A DNA stretch of 64,000 nucleotides from Sedimentisphaerales bacterium (GCA_963663805.2 CAXXMR010000025.1:1-64000), one strand, 5' to 3'; counted from the stretch's first letter, positions 30,907-42,008 are shown. Made by a program: numbers and translations. The notes: generated by a model from the letters alone, not told the origin.

Positions 30907-31293
30907 CGGAATTTTCTGACAGCACCATTATGTTCTCATTCTACCTTACATATCGACATTTTAGATGGGTGAACCGGGCGGGTCGTGACAACATTATGTC
31001 ACTGCACAACAAGTTTTTTTGAGAATTTCTGGTTTTGGCTGATGTAAGTGCTTATTTTTCATCGGCAGAAGTGCGTCGATGGGACGCCACCGAAATGCGG
31101 TGGTGGTTGCGTTAAGATGGGTATTCTGTAGGGATTATGCGGTTTGGGTAAGGCGCTTTTTGGTGTTTTTTTTCGATTTTTGACGTTTTTTGAGGGTTTT
31201 TTGATTTTTTAGACTAAAACTGTACTATCTGGCACTTTTTTTGAGAGAAATCCTCGAAAAAAGGTCATAATGAAAAAGAGGGATGAAGGAACG

Positions 31294-31410
31294 GAAGAAG
31301 GCATGAGGCATCAGGCGCTCAAGAGGCAAGAGTGAACGGCGTGGTTTCGGCCTTTGGCCGAGATTTGAATAAATAACGGCGAGGTGCCGCCTTCGGCGGG
31401 GTTTGTTTTT
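31294..31410 (+). repeat. Heptamers + two tandem AACGGC-hairpin units
   Basis: Stems TCGGCC-TTT-GGCCGA and CCGCC-TTC-GGCGG. Confidence 0.85.
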
Positions 31411-31422
31411 ATTTTTAAATCC

Positions 31423-32017
31423 AAGCTAATCCACCGGCTCTGCCGGTGAGAATTTATAAGGCTCTGCCGTTAAGTGCGTTACAATGGTCCTCCTTGAGGA
31501 AGGCTCCTTGGCGGTCAAGGAGGACACTATGAAAGACTGGCAGAGTCAGGCCCATGTAAAATGGGACTGTAAGTATCATGTTGTTATTGTACCCAAATAT
31601 CGTCGCCAAAGCAATATTTGGTAAGTTGCGAAAGGAAATATAGGTGCGATATTGCGAGAATTGTGCCGCCAATATGGGATAGAGCTTATAGAAGGTAACG
31701 CCATGGCAGACCATATTCATATGCTCCTGAGCGTTCCGCCCAAGTACAGCATCGCTATGACCATCGGTTATCTCAAAGGTAAAAGTGCCATCCGGATTTC
31801 TCGTGATCTGATGCGTACCAAAGGCACTCTCTTTGGCCGCAGTTTTTGGTCTCGCGGTTATTGTGTAAGTACCGTTGGTCTTGATGAAGCCCATATTCGT
31901 AAGTACATTCAAGATCAGGACAAGCATGAGCAAAATATTGAAAAAGGATTAGACTAACTGTAATGGCCCCTTTTAGGGGCCTTTCCTCATACCACCGGCT
32001 CTGCCGGTGGTCATTGA
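31423..32017 (+). mobile_element. tnpA: IS200-type insertion sequence (tnpA 31529..31957, frameshifted; ends approximate)
   Basis: MKDWQSQAHVKWDCKYHVV, HUH motif DHIHML, FWSRGY, catalytic IRKYIQDQ. Identical subterminal hairpins CACCGGCTCTGCCGGTG at ~31432 and ~31993. Confidence 0.92.
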
Positions 32018-32147
32018 TTATGTTTTGGTGGGGGTAAATATGATGGCTGGTGGTTGTATCTGGTGGCTTGACCGGTTGGTGGTTTTGGGGTAGGCTTAGG
32101 GGGTGTGGGCTTGGGCTGGTATAAAATATTGGGAAATAAGTGATTAT

Positions 32148-32645
32148 ATGGGTGACTGGCAAGAGCAATCAGTATTGGAGCCTGACCAGCATGGTCGTTT
32201 TATGGTTGAGGCTATCAAGGAAGCGGCGGCTGCGGCAGATGAGGACGAGGTTCCTATCGGGGCGGTGATAGTTTATGAGGGCAAGATAATCGCGCGGGCC
32301 CATAATCAGCGTGAGGCGCTTTCGGATCCGACGGCGCATGCGGAGATGATTGCATTGACGCAGGCTGCGGAATATGTGGGAAACTGGCGGCTGCACGGGT
32401 GTACGATGTATGTTACGCTGGAGCCCTGCCCGATGTGCGCCGGGGCGTTGGTTCTGGCGCGGGTTGACCGTCTGGTTTATGGTCCTGCAGATGCCAAGGC
32501 AGGGGCCTGTGAGTCGCTTTATAATATCGTGGAAGATGAGCGGCTGAACCATCGGATTGAAGTTATTAGAGATTTATGAGCGAACCTTGTCGGCTGCTCT
32601 TGCAGGAATTTTTCGCTAGCAGAAGGCGGAAGAGGAAGGCAATAG
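32148..32645 (+). CDS. tadA: tRNA adenosine(34) deaminase (frameshift ~32575; 3' end uncertain)
   Basis: [31 protein letters not shown]. Confidence 0.9.
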
Positions 32646-32655
32646 GGACAACGGC

Positions 32656-32761
32656 GAGGCATAAGGCAGAAGTGAACGGCTTGGTTTCGGCTTTGGCGGC
32701 GGTTTTTATGGATATGATGGTTGGCGGTTGTATCCGGCTGCTTATGCGGCTCGGCTTTGTT
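32656..32761 (+). repeat. GTGAACGGC unit + ATCCG..GCTTATGCGGCTCGG palindrome
   Basis: Matches family members; closest to 40420..40642. Confidence 0.8.
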
Positions 32762-32810
32762 GGTGATTTGTTTGTAAGGGACTGAAGCATTAAAGGATGG
32801 TAGTAGATAG

Positions 32811-33488
32811 ATGATTAAATCACCTTTTCATGAACTTCATACGCGGGCGGGGGCGGTAATGGTTGAACGGGGCGGTTATCTGGTGCGGAGCATTATGGCG
32901 ATGCTGAGGCGGAGTACCGGTGCGGGCAGGAAAGTATTGCGGTTTTTGACTGGAGTTTTTTGCCCGCGGGTTAGAGTTGGCGGCAAGGATGCCAGGAAAT
33001 ATTTATGTGAATTGACTAATCAGTCAGCTAAGAAGATTTATTCTGAGCAGCAGGGCGAGGTAGCGTTCGAGGTTTTCAAGGGGGGTGCTTTGGTGCAAAA
33101 TCAGGGTAATAATTTTCTGTAATAGGCAAAGGGCTTAATGGGGGGGATTTGGGGGCGTTTCTTAAAGCGGGTGTGGGCGGTGCTAATGTTGACGTGCGGG
33201 ATGAGACGGCGGTACGGCGATGATTTATCTGCATGGGCCTGGTGCGGTGAAGCTGCTGAAGAAAAAACTGCCGTTTGATATAAGCTGTCTGGAGGGCGCG
33301 ATGTTTCGTGTATGAGCTATTTTTTTATGAGTGTTACGGTCGCGGTTCAGCCTAATGAGGTCGGAGCGAGCCTTATAATTCCAGCGAAGATGGCGGGGAC
33401 GGCGTGGGATATGCTGGAGAAGTATGGGCAGGAGTACGGAATGAAACCGGCGGGAGTATTGGACGGCGGAGAAGTTGGGGGTTTTTAA
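32811..33488 (+). CDS. Short GcvT/aminomethyltransferase-like folate-binding protein (multiple indels)
   Basis: MIKSPFHELHTRAGAVMVERGGY N-terminus, RVRVGGKDA; later fragments LHGPGA and AWDMLEKYGQEYG. Confidence 0.5.
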
Positions 33489-33492
33489 CGGC

Positions 33493-33587
33493 AGGCATTA
33501 GGCCTTGAAGAAGGCATTAGCATAGGCCAAGAGGCAAGAGTGAACGGCGTGGTGCCTGCCTTCGGCAGGTTTTTTTTATTTAACGGC
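33493..33587 (+). repeat. Heptamers + GTGAACGGC-hairpin unit (left bracket of lacI-type gene)
   Basis: 33537..33587 matches 34834..34884 at 50/51 nt. Confidence 0.92.
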
Positions 33588-33677
33588 GGGGCAGGGGTTT
33601 TTATAGTGGTCCAATCCCGGCGTTGGCACTTCGGCTATTGTTTGGGCAACAGGCCCAGGAGTGGTCTGAGGGGTGAG

Positions 33678-34709
33678 TTATTCTGGAGCTGTCGAGGTGG
33701 AGCCGCGTACGATTAGTTCGCAATCCATCTTTACGCGTTTTGGAGTTTCGTCTTTGAGTGTTCCTTCCAGTCGGTCTATCAGGATTCGGGCGGCCCGTTG
33801 TCCGATTTTTTCGGGTTCTGGCGAATTGTGGTTAGCGCGGCTGGATAAGCTGGTTGTATTCATGCGAATCGCTAAATCCCACCACCGATAAATCCTGAGG
33901 TACGCGGATGTTCATGTCGCGTGCGACTTTATAATCATATACGCACGGGTATCGCTGCACGCAAAAATCGCGGTGGGGCGATTTTCCAATGCCAACATCG
34001 CGTGGGCGGCTTCGGGGATGTCTTCTTTGTATACCGCCTCGATGCTCACCACCGAAGTGTCAGTGAATCCTCTGACCGCGTTTTCGAAGTACTGTTTACG
34101 CTGCTTAGCCCAGCCCCACTCTGGTCGCCGGCCAAGTGTCCGAAACGACGATGCCCCAGATTATACAAGTGCTGAGCAGTGACCTGTGCCCCCGGCTGTT
34201 CGTCGGTATCCACCGAGTCGGCAAATTCAAGCTCATGGTCGATAGTTACAACCGGTAAATCACGAGCCTCAAGCTCCTCCAGATGCTCCGAATACGCTTC
34301 GGTCACCGTAGGCCAGAGAATCACGCCATCAACCCGTCGGTCCAACAGACGATGAATCTGCTGGAGCATAAAGCTGCTGCTGTATCGTTTGACGCTGTCC
34401 TCGTCATACCAAAGGGTTAAGGCGCATAGTCTCCAGCAACCAGTTCGTCATGAACCCCCCGCAAAATCAGTGACCAGTAGCTGTTGTAGGGCGGGACCAT
34501 GACACCTACCGTACGAGTCTTTCCGGTCTGAAAGCCGCCGGATAAGGAGGTTAGGTCGATAGCCCAGAGCTTCGGCGACCGCGATAATCCTGGTGCGGGC
34601 CTTCTCGAAACCTCGCTGCGGTCGTTGAGAGCCCGCGAAACCGTACTCACAGAGTAGTTGGTTTCCTCGGCAATCTTCTTTTAATGTGCCCAATCGACGT
34701 TGGAGGCAT
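33678..34709 (-). CDS. LacI-family transcriptional regulator (multiple indels)
   Basis: STVSRALN HTH, LGYRPN, RVDGVILWP, LGHRRFGHLAG, ELIVRGST. Own promoter TTGACC-17-TACTAT (34743..34771). Confidence 0.85.
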
Positions 34710-34801
34710 CGTAAATCCTCTATAATTAACAGCTAATTCGACATAGTAATCGCTATGAGTGGGGCGGTCAATTAAATATCTACTAAATCTTAGTAAGATG
34801 T

Positions 34802-34939
34802 AGGCATGAGGGATGAGAGGGCAAGAAAGGCAGAGAGTGAACGGCGTGGTGCCTGCCTTCGGCAGGGTTTTTTTATTTAACGGCAGTAGATATGATGGTT
34901 GGTGGTTGTATCCGGCGCTTACGCAGCTTGGCTTTTGTT
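34802..34939 (+). repeat. Heptamers + GTGAACGGC-hairpin unit (right bracket) + degenerate palindrome
   Basis: See 33537..33587; ATCCGGCGCTTACGCAGCTTGG at 34910. Confidence 0.9.
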
Positions 34940-35147
34940 GGTGTTTGGGTTTAGATATAGCGGTTGATGGTTGGAATTCGGGTGGGTTGGTCTTTGCGGC
35001 GAGATTGGGCCGGTGTAAGTATTTTGCTGCAAAATGGTTATGTCGGCAGGTTTTGCGGGGGGGATTATGATTCTCTTGACGGGCAGGGTTTAATCTGTGA
35101 TAATGCTGAGATTGATAATGACGTAACGCGGGCGGGCAGGAGATATT

Positions 35148-36151
35148 ATGAGTGCTGTAGTTGGGATAGACCCGCTGGAGACGGGTCGTGAGATACTGAG
35201 TCGTGAGGCTGAGGCAGTTGCTGTTCTGGCTGAAGTCTGAATGAGAATTTCAGTCGGGCGGTTGAGATGATATTCGCATGTGAAGGGGCGGTGGTATTGA
35301 CGGGGATCGGCAAGGCGGGGATTGTGGGTCAGAAGATTTCGGCGACGCTGGCATCGACCGGTACGCCGAGCCATTATTCTGCACGCGGCAGAAGCGGTGC
35401 ATGGTGATTTGGGGCGGCTGACCGATAAAGATTTGGTTATTGTTCTGAGTCACAGTGGTTCGAGCGAGGAAATCGTGCGTTCTGATAGCTTTAATAAAGC
35501 AGCGGGGATTGAGATGATTGGGATTGAAGGGGCAAGGTTGATTCGCCGTTGGGCAACATGCTCAGTAAGCGGTTTCTCTGGTTATCATCGAGGAGGTTTG
35601 TCCGCTGGGCCTGGCCCCGAGTACCTCGACGACGTGTATGCTGGCGTTGGGCGACGCGATTGCTTTGACGGTGATGCAGGATGCGTGATTTTGGGCCGGA
35701 AGATTACTGCGAGATTTCATCCGGCGGCGTGGCGATTGGGTGACGGTTATGGTGACGGTTGAGCAGGCGGCGTTGTTCTCGCGTGGTAAGCTTTGCGAAG
35801 GTGCAGGACAGTTTTACGGTGGGTCAGGCCTTGCAGGCAGTGTCGCTGATAACTCAGCAGCGTCATGGCTGTATCATGCTGGTAAATGACGCGGGCGAGT
35901 TGACCGGCTGTTGACCGATGGTGATTTGCGGCGTGGTATCGAAAAGCAGGGGGCGGCGTTTATGGATACTCCGGTTTGTGAGATAATGACGCATAATCGA
36001 AAACGGTTCGGCCTGATACACTGGCGGAAGTGAGGCGATGGCGATTTTTCATAAGCATCGTATCGACGAGATTCCGGTGGTTGATAGCGATAATCGTCGG
36101 TGGCGTTGATAGATGTTGCAGGATGTGGTGGCCTTGAAGGTATTGCAATAG
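35148..36151 (+). CDS. kdsD: KpsF/GutQ family arabinose-5-phosphate isomerase (multiple indels)
   Basis: [58 protein letters not shown] (CBS). Confidence 0.88.
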
Positions 36152-36163
36152 CAGGGACGCGTC

Positions 36164-36671
36164 GTGAGTTTAGATATAAAAATGCTGGTGATGGATGTTG
36201 ACGGCGTTCATTACGGACGGCGGGATATTGTCAATGAGGACGGTACGGAATCCAAGCGGTTCAATGTGCAGGACGGGGCTCGGATTCGCGTGGGGCCCGT
36301 GCTGATAAAAAGACGGCCATTATTACCGGCAGGTATTGCAAGGCGGTTGAGTATCGGTCCAGGGATTTGCAGATTGATTATGTTTATCAAAGTGCCCTGC
36401 GGAAGCTGGAAGCGTTGGATAAGCTGGTTGCGGAAAGTTCGGTTAGGCCGGAAGAGATGGCGTATATTGGTGATGACCTGATGGATATGCCGGTAATGCG
36501 TCGGGTGGGTTTCTCGGCAGCGCCGGCCAATGCCCAGGACTGAGGTCAAGGCGATAGCGGATTATGTGACGACGCGTCGGGCGGAGGCGGGTGCGGTGGC
36601 GGAGTTTGTTACGCTGCTGATGAAGAAGATGGAGATTTGGGATGAGGCGTTGGAAACGTTATCTCGTTTGA
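36164..36671 (+). CDS. kdsC: KDO 8-phosphate phosphatase (HAD; multiple indels)
   Basis: MDVDGV, FNVQDG, IITGR, AYIGDDLMD, GAVAEF. Confidence 0.88.
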
Positions 36672-36725
36672 CGGCGATGGCATTGCGGTAGTTTTTTTGA
36701 TAAATTAAGCGTCGAGGGAGCGACC

Positions 36726-39700
36726 ATGCAAAAACGAATCATATTGATAGCGGCGAGTCTTTTGGGATGCTTCTGCTGCTGCTGCTTTATCGGCAGGTTA
36801 CTCCATGGTGACGAGCAACTCTATGGCCCACTGGGTGAATCGGCTGAGCAGACGGTTATCCAAAGCTCCTAAGCATTGAAGTGGAGAATCTCGACGCGGG
36901 CCGGTGTTGGTGGGGGCGATGAGTCAGGCTCATTTTGTGGGCAAAGACAAGACCGGTACGGGTTACGGTGCATGAGTTTGGTTTTCGCTGACCGTGGTTA
37001 GCAGTGCGGGCAATAATCTTGAGGTTAGTCAGCCGTGGTTTCGTTTGTATATGTAAGATGGCAGGCTGCTGGGAAGTGACGGCCCAAAAGGGCACAGTGC
37101 AAATGGACAGTCGGGCAGTCTGCCCAGCCGGGTGAGTTGTCGGGTGAGATTCAGTTGGCGATTTATCCTGACGCGACTCAGGATGAGCCGCAGCGGAAGA
37201 GACCGGCCGGAACTGACGGTTACTCTGAATAATATGTTTTGAAGGTGAGGTTTTCGCGGCTGGTTAGTAATGGCGTGGTGACGGTTTATTCGCAGCAGTT
37301 TTCGGTTAAGGGGCGGGAACTGACGCTGGAATATGACCAGTTTGGAACAGCGGCCGCAATATGCTGGAGATACGTCGTCTGGACTGGCTGAGGGTTCAGA
37401 CTGATGATTTGAATCTGGCGGGCGAGAGGGCAAAAAAACGACAAAGGTTGCGTTGAAAGTGATAAGGCCCATGGCCAAAAAACCGGAAGTAATGGTAATC
37501 ACACCTATCGCTTGAGTTTGCTGGAGCTGCGGTGAAAGTGAGTCAGGGTCAGAAGAGTTTCGGGCGGATTCGGTAGAGATTCTGGCCGAGCTTTGCCAGT
37601 GGAGTGCTGGAACAGATAAAAAAGCGGTGGGAATGAAAGCGTAATGAGGGCGGGAGTCAGAATCTCGGCAGGTGGAGGCAGCAGGGGTTGATTCGGGTAA
37701 TTTTGCTACGATTACCTGTAACGGGCCTTTTCGGATAACGGCGGTTGAGGATATTCTGCCGGATTCGGAGGGGACGCGGCTGAGTTTATCGCCCGCGGCA
37801 GGCCAGCGTGTATCGATTCGCAGGTAATGCTCTGGCCCGGGCGGAGATAATCCGGTATAGCAATGCCGACCAGTTAGTAAGTCTGCAAGCGAGTACCGAG
37901 CCGGTGGCGTTTGCAGCTTTCGCCCTGAACAGTACGCTACCGCTGAGCGTGAGGTGGCGGATAAATCTGGCGGATAATCTGGCGACGTTTTTCGGGCCGG
38001 GGCAGGTAATGCTGTCTGAGGGTATAATGGGGACGGTTGCCGAGGTGTGACGGGCCGGACTTGGCGGTGGCGAGCAACCAACCGCCCGGATAGATTATCG
38101 TGATAGATTGACGGCGCGGATAGTTCCCGGCGCAGGAAATGCTTCGGCTCGGCTGGAATGGATTGAATTCGCAGGTCTGCTGACGGTCGGTACGCCCAGG
38201 GACAGGCCCGGGCGAATAAGGGCAAGCTGGAATTTATGTATGTGGCGGGTGAGGCTAATCCTCTACCGAAAACAATCGAGCTGTCGGGCGGGGTGAGGAT
38301 GGACGTGGGGGCAGGATGGCGGGGCGGGACGTGAGTTTGCCTTGTGAACGGCTGGCGGCGTGTGTTTGAGTGCGGATTCGCAGGGCAAGTCAAAAATCAA
38401 GGAATTGCGTTCCTGGGTAATATCAAGGCGGATACGATGAGTTCGCTATCGAGGCCGCGGAAAGTATGGTGCTGAATTCGCGGGGATTTGGCCATCCGGG
38501 GCAGGAGCAGAAACACAGACGAAAGCAGCGGCTGGGGCAGATTCTCAGCAAGGCAGGACGTGAGTCGGGCGGTTATACAGGGGAAAAATGGTGTGTCAGA
38601 CTGACCTCTAAAGTTGAGAATTTTGAGATAGTCGGTGATGTCGCTGAGATTGATAATTCCAGTCGGTTGTGTGTCGTTGAAGGTCAGCCGGCTCGAATTG
38701 TGGGGCTGGCGCAGCAGGGTGCTTTGAGCGGTTCGCAAATCAAAGCCGATTTGAACCGCAGGGTTTTTTGAGGTTGTCGGCAGCGGCCACCTGGAGCATT
38801 TGATAAGCTCTGACCTTGCGGGCCGGGAACTGGCGTACCTCTGCCAATTAAGATAGCGTGGCAGGAAAGCGCCAGTTACAGCGAACAGGGTAAGCGGATA
38901 ACCTTGCGAAAGGTAAATGCCCAGGTGAACAGAAGAGCGATTCGGGCATCGGGTGACGGAAGTTGGCGTGTCCGGTTGTTGAGGTTAATCTTCAGGACGG
39001 TCAAAGCGGTGTTGAACAAAGCGGTGAGTCGGGTAATATTCTCACGCGGCAGAAGTTGAGCAGTCTTTACGCCAAGGGGCCGGCGGTTCGGATAGCGAGC
39101 AAGGAGTACGATCCGAAAAACGGCGAGCTTCTGGACTGCATGAATATGGAAGCCGCGGAATTATTTTACGATTATAACCTGGGACGGTTGACCGCTCAGG
39201 GGGCAGGCTGGCTGGATGCGACGGATTATCGTTTCGGCGGCTGAGCGTTCGGGGCAGGCTTCGGTTGACAGTCTGGCTGCCAGCAATCTAATGAATCGCG
39301 GGCCGAGCTATACTTATATTCGATTTGATAAGGAGATGGCTTATGACGGTCTGGCGCGGCGGCTGAGCTTTGAAGGGCCGGTGCGTTTTCATGGGACGCC
39401 TGTGGCCGAATCGATTCGGCAGGACACCGGAGACTATCCAGTATAGCAAGGAGCTGAGCAGTCTGTTCTGTAAGCGGCTGGACATAGAGTTTGTGGCACC
39501 CGCACAGAAAGTAAACGATTACAGTAATGAGGACAGTTTGCCCGAACCGCATAAGATAACGGCGTATGGCAAGGTATTTTCTTGAAACATACTTTGAAGG
39601 TCGTAAGCGCATACTGTCGGGTGAATCGTTTAGTTTTGATGTCACAGAAGGAGGAAATCAAGCATGGTTGGCCGGGCGGATATGCCCGGTGTTTGTGGAC

Positions 39701-39792
39701 CAAATGCAGTTTCTGTCTTTGAAGTGGAATATCCCCCAGCCCGGCATTTCGAGGCGGTGCCTTTGAACCAGAGTTTGATCGCTTTGCCGTGA
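36726..39792 (+). CDS. Large membrane-anchored protein in the lptC position, probably LptC/LptA(OstA)-like beta-jellyroll repeats (many indels; ends approximate)
   Basis: N-terminal MQKRIILIAASLL anchor; beta-rich fragments (VSQPWFRLY, ITCNGPFRIT, AYDGLARRLSFEGPVRF); synteny after kdsD-kdsC. Confidence 0.5.
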
Positions 39793-40147
39793 AAAATTGT
39801 TAAGATTTTTAGCGGCAAGGGTTTATCTGTTAAACCATTTTAATGAGGTCAAAAAATGGCTCTCTGGGGGTGTTTGAGAGTAAAAGGGGCTGATTTTTGC
39901 AATTTCCTAACTTGCTTTTTCGTGGATATGTTCAATAATATTAAGTGAGATAGGAAAAATGCTTGCGGTTGTGAGGTCGAGCATGATAGCCATCCTGGAA
40001 TAAAAAATTTCCCCAGAACCGAAATCAGCATTGGGTAGACTGTGAATTTACGTAGTGACTTTTAAGGCCTGAAAGGTTATAATAAACACAGTTGTATTTT
40101 TGTGCTCCTTGGGCGAGAGAGCCAGAGACACTAAGGATGCTAAAGCC

Positions 40148-40384
40148 ATGACTACCCAGAATGAAACCAGAGTCGAACCGGAAGTAATCAGCGGCACTGC
40201 CCCTTCTGGCAAGAAGTGCGAAAAATGCACCGAGGTTGAACGTTCAAAACGTCCCGATCTTTGGGACAAAGCTCTCTTTCTGCTGCTGGAGAGAGAAGAA
40301 GACCTGCCTGGGGGATATTCTCCGGGAATAGCTCAACGCTGGCCGAAGCGGCCTCCGAAGATGCTTACGAAATGGCTGAGCTGA
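40148..40384 (+). CDS. Small hypothetical protein with CEKC motif
   Basis: AAGGA SD-like sequence, ATG, 78 codons after an AT-rich intergenic region. Confidence 0.35.
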   Translation: MTTQNETRVEPEVISGTAPSGKKCEKCTEVERSKRPDLWDKALFLLLEREEDLPGGYSPGIAQRWPKRPPKMLTKWLS

Positions 40385-40419
40385 TAGACCGTGACGCCTA
40401 AGGTGCGTATCGCACTGAC

Positions 40420-40642
40420 GAAGAAGGCATAAGGCAAGAGTGAACGGCTTGGTTTCGGCCTTGGGCTGAGGGTTTTTATTCAGCGGCAGGTGTGAGGGCG
40501 TGTTGCTCAAACGTTCAATCATATCGTAGAGGGCGAAGACCAGCCGCTTGTTACGCAAGAAGCTGCCGCCGGGACGGTGTTTTTTATGTACATAACGGTT
40601 TTGGTGGTCTTATCCGTCCGCTTATGCGGCTCGGCTTTTGTT
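40420..40642 (+). repeat. Heptamers + GTGAACGGC unit; palindrome at 40612..40642
   Basis: Stem TCGGCC-TTG-GGCTGA plus T-tract; ATCCGTCCGCTTATGCGGCTCGG. Confidence 0.85.
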
Positions 40643-40668
40643 GTCTGTTGGCGGCTGGATTCGGCGGG

Positions 40669-42008
40669 TTATCCTTCGAGCGTGCGTTTTTTTCGCAGGA
40701 TGTGGTGATAGTGCTGGGCGAATCGGTGGGATTCGTCGCGTAGATATTGCAAAAGTCGCAGGGCCGGGTCATTTCTTTCCAGCCGAACCGGTTCGCTGCG
40801 GGCCTGGGTATAGATGAGTTCTTCTTTCTTGGCCAGTGATACCACCATGGGCGGCTGAACCGACATTTGCTGGAATGTTTCCAGAGCGGAATGAAGCTGT
40901 CCCAGGCCGCCGTCGATGAGAATCACATCGGGGTAAAGCTCTCCATGTTCCCCAGCCTTACGATAGCGGCGGCGGAGCACTTCTTTAATCATGGCATAAT
41001 CGTCGATGCCCTGCACCTGTTTGATGCGGAAGCGTCGATAGCCAGGCTTGAACGGCCTGCCGTCAATGAAACAGACCAACGAGCCGACGGCTTCCTGGGC
41101 CCATAATGTGGGCGATGTCAACCGCTTCGAGAACGCGGACGGGTGTGGGTGTTTCGAGAATCTGGGCCAGTCGGTCCAGCCCCCTCGGCGGGGTCTACGG
41201 CGAACAGTTCGGGCTGAACGTGTTCATCGACATCACCGCGGTCGGCCAGTGAGTGCAGGGCCTTGATTTCGTCGCGGATGTGTGCTGCCTGTTCGTATTT
41301 TTTGTCGGCGGCCAACTGCTGCATTTCCTCAGTAAGCTGTTTGAGTACAACTGAACGTTTGGATTCCAAAAAGCGGCGGAAGCGTTTAAGGTCATCGCGG
41401 TATTCCTGACGGCTGATCTTGTCGCCACAGGGGCCGGTGCATTGCTGGATATTGTAGAGGATGCAGGGGCGGAAAAAGCGGCGGTTCTGGTTGTGCTGGT
41501 CAATTTCGAGGGTGCAGGTACGGAATTTGAATACCCGCTGGAGAACCTGGAGTACCCGGCGGAGTTCGGCAACGCTGGTGAACGGTCCGTAAAGTTTGCT
41601 GCCCTGCAAGCTGGGCTGACGGGTGATATAGACGCCGGGAAAATCCTCGCCGGTAGTGATTTCGAGGTAGGGGAAGGTCTTGTCGTCAGTTAGACGGGTG
41701 TTGTAAGGCGGCTGGATGTCCTTGATGAGTCGGGCTTCGTTGAGGATGGCATCTACTTCGGTGTCACATTCGAGGGAGGTGATATCCGACACTTTTGTCA
41801 CTAATTCGGCGATTCGGGGTCCGCGTGACTGCATCAGGTCCGCCGAGGGCTGAAAATAGCTCCCGGCCCGGCCGCGGAGGTTTTTGGCCTTACCAATGTA
41901 AAGCACCCGCCCGTCAGCGTCTTTCATAAGGTAAACGCCGGGCGTAGTGGGGAATTCTTTAATAAGCTCCCTTAGGCGGGCAAAGTTGGGTTTGTCATTG
42001 TCAGTCAT
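40669..42008 (-). CDS. uvrC: Excinuclease ABC subunit C, short form (frameshift ~41150)
   Basis: GIY-YIG (PGVY...YIGKAKNL), Cys-rich region, UVR coil, DDYAM, DGGLGQ, LRDESHRFA; no C-terminal HhH. Confidence 0.9.

Noticed and set aside
39793..40100. Replication origin or dif site explaining skew changes
   Set aside because: No cluster of TTATCCACA boxes and no XerC/XerD dif consensus seen.
1376..40480. Integron attC sites
   Set aside because: No consistent RYYYAAC...GTTRRRY ends or long imperfect palindrome, no IntI, and the bracketed genes carry their own promoters.
40669..42008. Truncated uvrC pseudogene
   Set aside because: Both nuclease domains are intact, the single frameshift fits the error pattern, and short UvrC forms without the HhH tail are plausible functional variants.
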